Shown piece after piece: positions 50,511-60,786 of a stretch of 64,000 nt of DNA. Below the pieces are notes generated by a model that did no database searches, was not told the DNA's origin, and saw only the letters and a list, made by a program, of their open reading frames with translations. The translations under genes and the position numbers were made by a program. Within the stretch, counting starts at the first letter, position 1, and every line of letters begins with the position of its first letter. The stretch spans positions 4,395,498 through 4,459,497 of the forward strand of contig OZ244621.1 of assembly GCA_965218425.1 (NCBI GenBank), read 5' to 3'. The stretch is from an uncultured Candidatus Binatia bacterium (lineage in GTDB: Bacteria > Desulfobacterota > Binatia > UBA9968 > CAXXLF01).

Positions 50511-52495
50511 TTAAATAGATTTCAATAAATCTTGAAGAGCGGATTCAAGCTCACCAAGTATATTTACCTGCATCGCAGGAAAATGTTCTGGCTCGAATGT
50601 GGAAGGGGTTGGAGACCCTGAATATTTTTTAAACGTCCTACCTATCTCCTTCCTCCTCTTGCTAATTTTTCCCGGCTTCCCGTGATCAACATCATGCTCT
50701 AAATCAGTGCGAAGATTTCGAATATCCTTAAACACAGTCGGCTCATTCTTTAGACGATTTCCGGATCCCTCCCAAAATACGAAATATAGATCATCAATAA
50801 ATGTTTTGTAAGTAGCATAATCTTTTACGGGTTTTCTAAGATTTCTTAAACCTGCCGACGTTTTATTGGTTAATTTGAACAGGTCTATACCATTTTTATG
50901 TGTGACCTGCCCCCAGGAGTGGTACCACCCTTTAAGTTAGAGCCGGAATTATCTGGAGTCCAGCCCATGGGGATGAATTCCCAGCCTGCGCTCTGGGCAG
51001 AAAGGCCTCCGGTGCCGGAGAACGATAGCCCAGGGCGCTGTGAGGCCGCCGCTGGTTATACTCTCTTCTCCATCTTTCGATCAGCACCTGAGCTTCCCTC
51101 AGGGTTTCAAACACCTCCCGGTTGAGCAGCTCATCCCTGAGTTTTCCGTTTAAAACTCTCCACGTAGCCATTCTCCCAAGGACTGCCAGGCTCGATGTAG
51201 AGTGTCCTGACACCAATGGCCTTGAGCCAGTCCCGGATAGCCTGAGCCGTAAACTCGGGGCCATTGTCGGACCGAAGGGACTGCGGCACGCCCCGTTCCA
51301 CGAATAGCTCCGCTAACCGTTCCAGCACATCCCGGTGATTCATCCGTCTGGCCACATCAATCGCCAAGCACTCCCGGGTGTATTCATCCAGGATGCTCAA
51401 CAGCCGAAAGGCCCGACCGTCTTCGGTTCGCTCGTGCACGAAGTCATAACTCCACACATGGTTTCGATGCGCCGGTCTCAGGCGAATGCAGGAGCCATCA
51501 GTCAACCGGAGCCTCCCTCGCTTAGGCTGACGGCTGAGGACTTTCAGCCCTTCCTGCCTCCAGAGCCTCTCCACTCGCTTGTGGTTGACCTTCCACCCCT
51601 CCCCACGCAGCATGGCCGTAATCCTCCGGTAGCCGTATCGCCCGTATTCGCTGGCCAGCTCCATCATCCGAGCCACTAGTCTTGCTTCCTCTTCCGGGAT
51701 CTCTCGGACTCTTCGTTGCGTCGATCGCGGCTGTCCCAACACTTGGCAAGCCCGGCGTTCGCAGACTCGATCAGGTCCCAATCTTTCTCTGGCCCATATC
51801 ACCGCTCGTCTCCTCTTCGCCGGGCCTAGAAGTTTCCCGAGGACACTTCCTTCAGGATCTGGTTGTCCAGCGATAGATCCGCCACCAGCTTCTTCAACCG
51901 CGCATTCTCCTTGTCCAAGGCCTTGAGCCTCTTGGCCTGATCCATCTTCAGGCCTCCATATTCCTTCCTCCACCGGTAGTAGGTCTGCACGGTTACCCCC
52001 ACCTGCTTGCACACCTGGCCCACCGCCTTCCCTTGGGCCAAGCTCACCTCCGCCTCACGCAGCTTGAGGATAATCTACTCGGCCGTAAATCGCTTTCTTG
52101 CCATCCTTGCCTCCTTCCTAAAATCAAAATCCCTAACATTTCACCTGGACTCGTTTTAGGGGGCAAGGTCAGTCGGATACGTCAGGAGCCAAATCACGAT
52201 AATACTGCGCTTTAAAGTTCTTTGAAGATTCCGCAGACAACGAAAGAGCGTTATTAAAAAATTCTAAAATCGTTGCAAGACGCTGCTGACCATCAACAAC
52301 TTCGAATTCTTCTGGATTATCAGATGTTTTCAAGAAATAAAATTTTGGTAATTTCCACCCTCTTAATATACTGTCTATGAGTTTTTGTTTTTTAGCAGTA
52401 TCCCAGACTTCTTCGCGTTGCCAATCAGGGATCTCATAGCGGTGCCGACGCTTATATATTTTGTCCAGAGCTCTATTATTTGAGGAAATTTCCAT
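50511..52495 (-). pseudogene. DUF262-domain protein interrupted by IS3; C-terminal part has an RxxxxH motif
   Basis: N part 52172-52495: IPDWQRE...W...IDSIL...VVDGQQRL. C part 50511-50902 is open (...IRNLRTDLEHDVDHG...). Both parts are AT-rich. Confidence 0.75.
50903..52171 (-). mobile_element. IS3-family element, copy 3 (1269 bp), orfA Q10 changed to TAG and orfB +1 frameshift; no target duplication
   Basis: Same ends as copies 1 and 2; TAG at 52075-52077; extra T near 51150. Confidence 0.95.
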
Positions 52496-52618
52496 TACTT
52501 TGTGTGGGCAAAGCTAGCTTTATTGTGGTTATTCCATTCACTATAGTCAAAACCGAAGTTCCGTCAAGCTCGAACTACAAACTTTAGAATATCCATTATT
52601 TGCAAAAGAGTAAGGAAG

Positions 52619-53817
52619 TGACCTGCCCCCTTGAATGTCCTCACCTCGAGGTTAGTGATTGACCCAGGAGGAGAGGACACATGCGCAAGAGCCGATTCAG
52701 CGAACAACAGATCATCGGGATACTGAAGGAGCACCAGGCTGGGCGTGGGGTGGCGGAGTTGTGTCGCAAGTACGGCATCAGCGACGCGACGTTGTACAAG
52801 TGGCGTTCGAAGTATGGTGGGTTGGAGGTGTCGGAAGCGAAACGGCTTGGGAACCTTGAGGCGCAGAACGCCAAGCTGAAGCGTCTATTGGCGGAAGCGA
52901 TGCTGGACGTATCGACGCTTAAGGAGATGGTGGGAAAAAACTTCTGACGCCCAGGACCAGGAGAGGAGCGGTGGACCGGGCGATGAAGGAAAGAGGGCAC
53001 TGGCAGCGGCGGGCTTGCGCTCTGGTGGGCATGGAGCCGCGGGTGTAGCGGTATCGGTCGATGAGACCCGATGACGGGGAGTTACGGTAAAGGCTGCGGG
53101 AGTTGGTGGCGGAACGTCGTCGGTTTGGGTATCGGCGTGTGCACCTGTTGCTTTTGCGGGAGGGCGTGGTGGTGAACCGCAAGAAGCTGTACCGGCTCTA
53201 CAAGGAGGAGAAGTTGACGGTGCGCAAACGAGGCGGCCGCAAGCGGGCTGTTGGGAGCCGGGTGCCGATGACGATCCCGCAGGGGGCCAATCAGCGCTGG
53301 TCGGTGGACTTCGCATCCGACGCCCTGAGCGACAGCCAGCGCTTGCGCCTTTTCTGCGTGATCGACGACTTCACACGGGAGTGCCTGGCCACCGTCCTCA
53401 GCAACTCCATCACCGGCGAGCGGGTCGCCACAGAGCTGGACAACATCGCTCAACAGCGTGGTTATCCCTTGTTGGTGGTTTCCGACAACGGCACCGAGTT
53501 CACCTCCAACGTGATGCTGCGATGGCAGCAGGGTCGCCGGGTAGAGTGGCACTACATCGCTCCAGGCAAGCCTATGCAGAACGGGCTAGTCGAGAGCTTC
53601 ATCGGGCCTCTGCGTGACGAATGCCTCAACGAACACCTGTTCACCAGCTACCGCCATGCCCGCGAGATCATCGAAGACTGGAGAGCCGACTACAACGCCA
53701 AGAGACCACACACGAGCCTCGACGGACTCACACCGATGGAGTTTGCAATCCGGTCCGGATCGGACCATAACGAAACACGGCTAACTTATACGTGAGGACA
53801 AAAAGGGGAGCAGGTCA
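52619..53817 (+). mobile_element. IS3-family (IS407-like) element related to 15522-16722; orfB has premature stops
   Basis: TGACCTGCCCCC...GGGGAGCAGGTCA ends; orfA 52681-52947; in-frame TAG near 53046 and TAA near 53088; no target duplication. Confidence 0.93.
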
Positions 53818-54791
53818 GTCCGCATACATCATGGCTTTGAGATAACCCTTGGCCTTGGCCTGATCCTTTTTACTCACAGCATCCACCCCGTTGAGAATCT
53901 TGTGATTCGAGCAGATCTGCTCCCCAGCTTCAGGAAAAATCTCTCCTGCACCCCCCCACAACCCCAGATGCCCCTCCCCAACAATAAAACGCGCACTCTT
54001 AAGCCCCCGCCCCTTCACTCCCCTGAGTACCTCTGCCCACCATTGCTTGCTCTCCCGCTAGCCCACTTCCAATGCTAACAACCTCTTGCTCCCATCCCTC
54101 ATCGCCCCCATCACTACCAATACTAGCGCCGCCTTCTCCTTGCCTATCCCAGCCTTTACATCAATCCCATCTGCCCAAAGATATGCTGCCTCCTCTTCCT
54201 CCATACCCTGTGCCTCCCACTGCTCGTAGTCCGCCTCCCACTTCTCCTTGAACCGTAAAAGCCAAAACGCCGATAGCGGTGCCCCTGCTCCCACTAGCCC
54301 CCTCAGCCCCAGCTCAAAATCCCCACTGCCCACACCGTGCCAATAAAGCTCCGGCAATAACTCCCTGACCTGGCGGCTCTGCCGCTTAAATAACGGCAAT
54401 ACCTGGAAGCTAAATCTCTCCTGCACATTCCTTACCCCAGCCCCTCTTACCTCTACGCTCCCCATGCTCAACGTGAACCGGCGCGGCTTACCGTAGCCGT
54501 TGCGATTCCCAGGCTGTCCCACTTCACTTGCTTTCCCCTCGCTCTTGTTCCTCCCCAACCGCTCCACTCCTTCCTGCTCCACCACATCCTGTACCCTTTC
54601 TCCCCAATCTTCTCCCGGGCAAATGCCTCCATGCATTCGTAAAAAACTCCCTTTGACTCTACCAGCCCGCTGTGCTTTCCTATCACCGGCGTATCCTTTC
54701 TCTGCCTGTTGCTCCAGGCAGCTTTTCGTTTGGAATTTACCAATGGGTACGCCTACCTGTCTCCTATTTCCACACTCTTTGATGATAGCTC
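53818..54791 (-). mobile_element. Degenerate IS256-family element truncated by the adjacent IS3
   Basis: RNGYGKPR...ELYWHG...YLWADGI...KAGIGKEKAA...DGSKRLLA; several frameshifts and stops. Confidence 0.8.
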
Positions 54792-55015
54792 GCAGCAACG
54801 TGGGTGACGGCTGGCTCAGATATCTTGCCAAAAGGCGAGGAGGCTGTTAATCATGGTTCTCAATGATGCCCCATTTGGAGATTTTTAATGCACTATTTGG
54901 GATCCGCAATATAACTTCATCGTTTGTCTTACGGGACCAAACTCGGCTCCCTTGGTGCGGACCGCATAGATCTCTAGGACAAGGTTGCTGTGTAACATTA
55001 GTCTAGGAGGAACCA

Positions 55016-55315
55016 ATGGGACAGATATTTGGGCTTGGCATCACTCATTATCCGGCCCTCTCCGTACAGGGGAACATGACCGATCGCATCAAGTTACTTC
55101 TGGCAGACCCGGCCCTTCCTGAACGGATGCGGTCCCTTGATAATTGGCCAGACGGCATGCGTCAACAGTGGGGGGACGGTGAAGGAGAGGCCCCTTCCAT
55201 TGAGCATCGCCAGGCAATGATTGACCGCTTTCGCCTGGCTCGGAAAGCACTCGATGAGTTCCAGCCGGATTTCTGCGTAATTTGAGGTGACGACCAGTAC
55301 GAGAACTGCCGCTAA
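55016..55315 (+). pseudogene. Extradiol ring-cleavage dioxygenase (LigB-like), N-terminal fragment
   Basis: GLGITHYP...ALDEFQPDFCVI*GDDQYENCR*. The TGA falls at a usual Trp and a TAA follows 9 codons later. Confidence 0.75.
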
Positions 55316-55383
55316 GGCATTCTTTGTATTCCAACCTTAGTTGAACTAATAGAAAATGGATCGTTATCCCTGGGAGGATTAAT

Positions 55384-56088
55384 ATGGCCAACCAAGAAAT
55401 CGCACTAGTTGTCGGAACCGGTCTGGGACTCAGCGCCTCACTTGCCAGACTGTTCAGCAAAGAAGGGATGAAGGTGGCCGTGGCGGCCCGCAATCCCGGC
55501 AAATTGGACGGCCTGATCAAGGAGATCGGTGGCCGAGCCTATCCTTGTGATGCAATTGTTCCTAAGGATGTGGAGAGCTTGTTTGGATCTGTGACCAAGG
55601 ATCTCGGAGAACCCAACCTTGTGGTTTACAACGCGAGCCGTAGAGTCCGAGGGCCCATTACGGAACTTGATCCTGACGAGGTACAAAAGGCCATTTTAGT
55701 AACTTGTTACGGGGGATTTTTGATCGGCCGGGAGGCAGCCAAACGAATGATCCCAGCGGGGAGGGGAACCATCCTCTATACCGGTGCCTCTGCAGGCATC
55801 AAGGGCTTTGCCAATTCTTCCATGTATGCCATGGGTAAGTTTGGTCTCAGCGGCCTGGTACAGAGCATGGCACGTGAACTCCAGCCGAAGAATATCCATG
55901 TGGCACAAGTTGTAATCGACGGCGGAATCTACAATCCTGCCGGCGATCAAGAGCGGATCAAAGCACGCGGCCCGGACGGGATGCTCCAGCCGGATTCCAT
56001 CGCTCAAACCTATCTTCACCTTCACCGCCAACACCGTAGCACCTGGGCATCCTACATCGAGCTGCGACCCTGGTCGGAGAAATTTTAA
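55384..56088 (+). CDS. Short-chain dehydrogenase/reductase
   Basis: VVGTGLGLS, VYNAS, TGASA, YAMGK. Confidence 0.93.
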   Translation: MANQEIALVVGTGLGLSASLARLFSKEGMKVAVAARNPGKLDGLIKEIGGRAYPCDAIVPKDVESLFGSVTKDLGEPNLVVYNASRRVRGPITELDPDEVQKAILVTCYGGFLIGREAAKRMIPAGRGTILYTGASAGIKGFANSSMYAMGKFGLSGLVQSMARELQPKNIHVAQVVIDGGIYNPAGDQERIKARGPDGMLQPDSIAQTYLHLHRQHRSTWASYIELRPWSEKF

Positions 56089-56093
56089 GCACT

Positions 56094-56744
56094 ATGCTCA
56101 GCACTCCGTTCTTTGTCTTGATCTTTGCTTTTTTTCTCTCCGCCTCCGTCCTTCACCCAAGCGATGGTACACATAATCAAGAGAACCAACCGTCAACGAA
56201 ACTTAAGGTAGTCGACCAAAAAGAACTAGGGCATACGGAAGAAAACTTAGCAAGGGAGGGTTTTCCCACTTTTCATCCCTTGATCGTACATTTCCCCATT
56301 GTACTTACCGTTGCTGCTTTTCCCTTTTACTTATTGGGAATGCTGCGCCGGCAAATGATCCTGAGACGATCCGGTATAGTTTTGGCTTTTTTTGGCTTTC
56401 TAGGGGCCTTATTGGCCGGTTACGTTTTCCACCCTCACACAGTTGGATTGACTGCCGCCTCACAAAACGCGTTGTGGAGCCATGACCTCTTTGCCAGCCT
56501 AACTCTATATCTCATGGCAATTGCTGTGCCATTAGGGACGTTGACTTGCACACGTCGCTTTTCGCGGTTCAGCTTGCAGGCTTCTACCACGGTTCTATTG
56601 CTGCTATCGGTCGTGATGGTCGGTCTTGCCGGCCATTACGGCGCAAAGTTGGTCCACATCCACGGGGTGGGTCCCAAGGGGCAGTTCCTTGTGAAAGAGC
56701 ATATTAGCCTGCACGTACCCTTCTTCGGACAAAAACTCCCTTGA
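56094..56744 (+). CDS. DUF2231-domain membrane protein
   Basis: HPLIVHFPI...H...GHYGAKLVHIHGVG. Confidence 0.85.
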   Translation: MLSTPFFVLIFAFFLSASVLHPSDGTHNQENQPSTKLKVVDQKELGHTEENLAREGFPTFHPLIVHFPIVLTVAAFPFYLLGMLRRQMILRRSGIVLAFFGFLGALLAGYVFHPHTVGLTAASQNALWSHDLFASLTLYLMAIAVPLGTLTCTRRFSRFSLQASTTVLLLLSVVMVGLAGHYGAKLVHIHGVGPKGQFLVKEHISLHVPFFGQKLP

Positions 56745-56760
56745 CAATCATCTTAACTAA

Positions 56761-58215
56761 TTCTCACTGAAAAAGTCATTTTTTCTGGGTCATCTCTAGC
56801 GACTCGTGGTACAAATAAGACCATGCGTACACCCATATCTCAGCAGTTCAGTTCTGGCGACGGCTTTATCCACCCCTCTCTTTATGCACTGGATGAGGAG
56901 GTTAACAAGGCTGAGAAGCTTTTGAATAATCCCCGATTGCTTAAGCCTTTCGAGAAGGTTTTCCATGAGAGCCGGGTCGTCGTGGCACTCCTGTAGGGAT
57001 TTACCTTCGAATGATGTATCTGAAGTTTCGCTGGGGTTTGAGCTACGAAGAGGTTGAGAGGGAAGTGAGTGAGAGAGAGTTCCGTGGCGTTATTTCTGCC
57101 ATTGGTCGCTCATGGATGCCGTAGCGGAGGCCACCACCTTGATCAAGCTCAACCACGGATTTGGCCGACAGCGGGTGGCCAAGCTCAATCAGGAGCTGGT
57201 CAGATCGTTGGTTAAGAGCCGATCGATCAAGGCCCGGCGCATTCGTATCGACTCGGCCACGCTGCAAGTTCACATCAGTTATCCCAACGATGTCGGTGTT
57301 GTTGACCGGGCGGTCAACACGCTTACCCGCACGGCAGCATGTACGTGGCACCAAGCGAGCCCTGTTTGCTTGTAGTGGGGCTGGAAGGGAGAAGCCCAAG
57401 GGGGGCAAGGAAAAGGGAGGGAAGATTGTTAAGCATGGGGCAAGCTGGCCAAGCATACGGTACACGAGAGCGGCAAGGTCTTTGAACGACTTTGTGCTAC
57501 GGTGTCGGAGCCAAGTAAGGACAAGGAGAAGTATTTGGAACAAATTGAGGTGGCCGAGAGGATTGTGAGCCAGACCGAGCACAAGCTTCAGGGCAAGAAG
57601 TCGATACCCGATAGGATCGTTTCGTTCCACGATGCCGAGGCACGAGCCACCTGCAAGGGCAAGCTCAACAGGCCCGTGGAGTTCGGGCGCACGTTGCAAC
57701 TGGTGCACGACAGTTGTGGAGTCATCGTTCACGATGAGGTCCATGGTGGTAATCCTAACGACAGCACTCAACTGCTTTGTGTGGTGAGCCAAAGTGAAAA
57801 GCGTCTGGGGGTCAAGCCTAAGGAGGTGGCAGCGGACCGAGGATACTAAGGCGCCGATAACGTCGGGAAGTTGGGCAAGGCCGGTATAGCGAGGGTAGGT
57901 ATCCCGGAGGTTGGTGGCTTGAGTATGAGGGAAAGCCGCCATGAGGGGAAACAGTGGTTTAGGGCAATGCAAGGGGTCGGCTGCGGGATAGAAGCGGGGA
58001 TCGGTATGCTCAAAGGCAAGTTTTCTCTGGGTCGAGTACTGGCTAGGGGAGCTCCAGGCACGGCGATCTGGACGGGATGGGTCATTTTTGCATACAATCT
58101 GTGGCAGCAGGAGGTAAAAGATGGTGGTAAGGACCGCACCTTCTCGGCAATGAAATGCCTGATGTGAGTGTCAGGGCCATAGAGTCATCTACAAACGGTA
58201 GTTTTTCAGTGAGAA
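56761..58215 (+). mobile_element. Degenerate IS5-like (DDE_Tnp_1) element
   Basis: Inverted repeats TTCTCACTGAAAAA / TTTTTCAGTGAGAA flanked by CTAA and CTAG. Fragments RIDSAT...YPND, DRIVSFHD...GK...VEFG, ADRGY, IEAGIG. Confidence 0.85.
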
Positions 58216-58229
58216 CTAGCTAGAGGAAA

Positions 58230-58712
58230 ATGAAGAAAATGAATATCAAAAGGTTGCGATTGCTCTCACTGATGAGCATCGCCATAGGAGTTGTGGTTGC
58301 TGCTACCGTTCTATACTCCCAGCCCAATCTCCCCGCTGGACCGCAGATTACGGTCTACAGAAGCCCGGGTTGAGGTTGTTGTTCCAGCTGGGTGGGTCAC
58401 CTGGAAGAGAATGGTTTTCGTGTTACGATCAAAGAGCTATCGCAGTCTCAACTTCAAACGGTGAAGGTAAAGCATGGCGTTCCCCCCGCCTTATATTCGT
58501 GCCACACCGCACTCATTGGCACATATGTCATCGAAGGTCATGTCCCTGCCGATCTCATAATGAAACTATTAAACGAGAGTACATCCCTCACCGGCTTGGG
58601 CGTACCGGGCATGCCCATAGGCTCGCCCGGAATGGAGGGTCCCAACCCTCAGCCATACAACGTCATTGGCTTCGACCGGAACGGTGGGATGCAAATTTAT
58701 GCCCGCAGATAG
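58230..58712 (+). CDS. DUF411 / CopG-like exported metal-binding protein; candidate selenoprotein (U48)
   Basis: RBS gagga, ATG 58230, signal/TM segment, VYRSPG-TGA(58371-58373)-GCCSSWVGHL (consensus CGCC), SCHTA, EGHVP, GMPIGSPGME, all in one frame. Confidence 0.85.
58374..58408 (+). promoter_or_regulatory. Candidate bacterial SECIS element
   Basis: TTCCA..GGTG-GGT-CACC-TGGAA bulged hairpin; the GGU loop starts 21 nt after the UGA. Confidence 0.6.
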
Positions 58713-58734
58713 GGTCTTTAACATCTAGCGACGG

Positions 58735-59700
58735 TCAGCCACCAAATACGACAGCGGAAATACAGGGAAGGCCGCTTATAAGGGTTCGACATTCAGACCC
58801 CTCAATGGCAAGTAGCTCGCCCTCTGAGGTTGCGGCGATAATTCCGTCACTGTCTGGGTCGGGTGTCGTGTCCATGATACCACCACGGAGGCCTTCCGCT
58901 ACCACTTCCCAGTCAAGACCCCCTTCACGGCTTCGAATAATTGCAGAGTTGGCTCTTCCTGTTCCGAGCCAGGTGTTGGGCCGGCCCAAAGAAATTCCCA
59001 GATACATCATCCCGCCAGCCGCCTCAGCAATGGTAGTTCCATAGGTCCTTGACCCCTGTGGCGTAACCTCTGCCCAGTGGGAAGCACGGTCGACGCTACG
59101 AAAAACTCCCTCACCGCAGGCCGCAAGAACCAATTCCGGGTTGTAACCGCAATGGCAGATCTGGTGCACGTCGGGATCGGTGAGACCGTCGTTTGCAGGT
59201 TGCCATGCCTCGCCCCCATCGTCGCTTACCAGCAACCCACCGACTTCTATCCCGGCATATATGCGAGAGGGCGAACCTGGATCTTCAGCCAAGGCGCGGA
59301 CCCGTGGGCTGAGTTCTGGGTTAGGGGGAAACACTCCACCGGCACTCTCAGTCCGCACCCCCTCTAGTTCCAGCCAGTCGCCACCTGGAATGCCACGGTA
59401 CACGGCTGCCGGCCGTGTTCCCACCAGGAGTGATCCAGGTAAGGCAAGTAATGAAAACAAGTTCAGATGGGGTATGCCGGGGTTTGCTCGCAACCACGAG
59501 ACACCACCGTCAGGTGAGAAAAACAGGCCCGAGTGATCAGTGCCCGCATAGACGGTCTGAGGATCTTCTGGATCCACGGCAAGGCAGCTTAAAGTCCAGT
59601 AGGTAAGCGCCCTGCCGGTCTCCTTATAAACGCCACCGTTGTTTTCAAAGCGGTACCAGCCGGAATGAGTTGCAACATGAAGCGCTTTGCCACTACCCAA
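58735..59700 (-). CDS. WD40/YVTN/BNR-like repeat beta-propeller protein
   Basis: Asp-box repeats SPDGGVSW, SDDGGEAW, SVDRASHW, SREGGLDW. Confidence 0.85.
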   Translation of the reverse strand: MGSGKALHVATHSGWYRFENNGGVYKETGRALTYWTLSCLAVDPEDPQTVYAGTDHSGLFFSPDGGVSWLRANPGIPHLNLFSLLALPGSLLVGTRPAAVYRGIPGGDWLELEGVRTESAGGVFPPNPELSPRVRALAEDPGSPSRIYAGIEVGGLLVSDDGGEAWQPANDGLTDPDVHQICHCGYNPELVLAACGEGVFRSVDRASHWAEVTPQGSRTYGTTIAEAAGGMMYLGISLGRPNTWLGTGRANSAIIRSREGGLDWEVVAEGLRGGIMDTTPDPDSDGIIAATSEGELLAIEGSECRTLISGLPCISAVVFGG

Positions 59701-59918
59701 TCGTCAGGTTCCTCCCTGGATGAGTTAAATTACGGATCACCCCGTTAGCAGGGGCACTATATTATAAGGTCACCGCCATGTCTATGGGGGTCCATTGGAG
59801 GAGGCTACGAGCTTGACCTCAGAGAGCCAGCTGTTCACAAGCAGATCAAGAGCAGTATCGGGCGTCTAAGCCTCGATGTTATCGTATTGAAGGGAGAATC
59901 GTTGGTGGGAAGGAGAGG

Positions 59919-60663
59919 CATGGGAACTGGGAAGTACGCCCTTGGATCCACCATTATGTTTTTGCTGCTGCTACCGGCAACAGCCTATGGAGAAACGCCG
60001 TCGACCATCTACACGTCAGTACCCAACAGCGTGATCCTACCGATTATAAAGCAAATTGACCAGCTCAATCCAGATATTAACTTCCGGGGTTACCGATCTG
60101 GAACCAACAAGATCATCGTCAAAGTAAAATCCGACCTTAAATCTACCGGGAGAGTTAAGGCCAACCTGATATGGGCGGCCGACCCCGCGTATTTTATCGA
60201 CCTAAAGGAACAAGGGTTGCTTTTGAAGTATACCTCGCCCAACGCATCTGTGATTCCATCCATCTACAAAGATCCTGACGGTTTCTTCACCGTAGGTAGA
60301 ATCCTGAACATGGGCATCACCTATAACACGAAAATGGTCAGTCCCGACCAGTCACCTAAAGACTGGATGAACCTCCTCGACAATAAATGGAAGGGCCAAA
60401 TTGCAATACCAGCTCCCAACTACTCGTGGTCAACTCTCGATACAGTAGAGGCCCTTTCCAGTAAGTTTGGCTGGGATTTCTTCAAAAAACTCTGGAACAA
60501 TGGCTTAACGGTTATGAAAACGAGTGGTGGGACCGTAAGAAAGGTCTCCACGGGAGATGTGAAGTCGCCATACAAGGAACCATTTCAAACCCCATGGAAG
60601 CACAGGTGGCATGGGGCACGGAATAGATGTAAATATTCTATGCAAGTGTGTGGTTGGACTTGA
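59919..60663 (+). pseudogene. Fe3+/AfuA-like ABC substrate-binding protein, C-terminally truncated
   Basis: Signal peptide, TIYTS, ANLIWAAD, YNTKMV...PKDW...L...WKGQI. Similarity is lost after about 60560 and no permease or ATPase is adjacent. Confidence 0.65.
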
Positions 60664-60786
60664 GAAAATGGGATTTTTATCGAACAATTCATATAGACGG
60701 ATGAGGTTGGCAGGGAACCAAACACAACAATATATTCTTACTGCAGAATGAAAATTAATGTTATGATCTCTCAAGGATTTGACCAT

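Noticed and set aside
55283..55285. In-frame TGA in the LigB-like gene as a third selenocysteine
   Set aside because: It aligns to a usual Trp (xWGDDQYEN) and a TAA follows 9 codons later, so this is an ordinary pseudogene.
15428..57375. Amber (TAG) recoding suggested by many in-frame TAG codons
   Set aside because: The TAGs replace different residues (Gln, Glu, Tyr), mostly in decaying IS genes, and many intact genes end normally at TAG.
57043..57972. 309-aa minus-strand ORF and similar long shadow ORFs (7172-7792, 16023-16688, 26017-26706, 58370-59044, 61890-62507)
   Set aside because: They are antisense or alternative-frame overlaps of recognisable genes and carry no motifs of their own.
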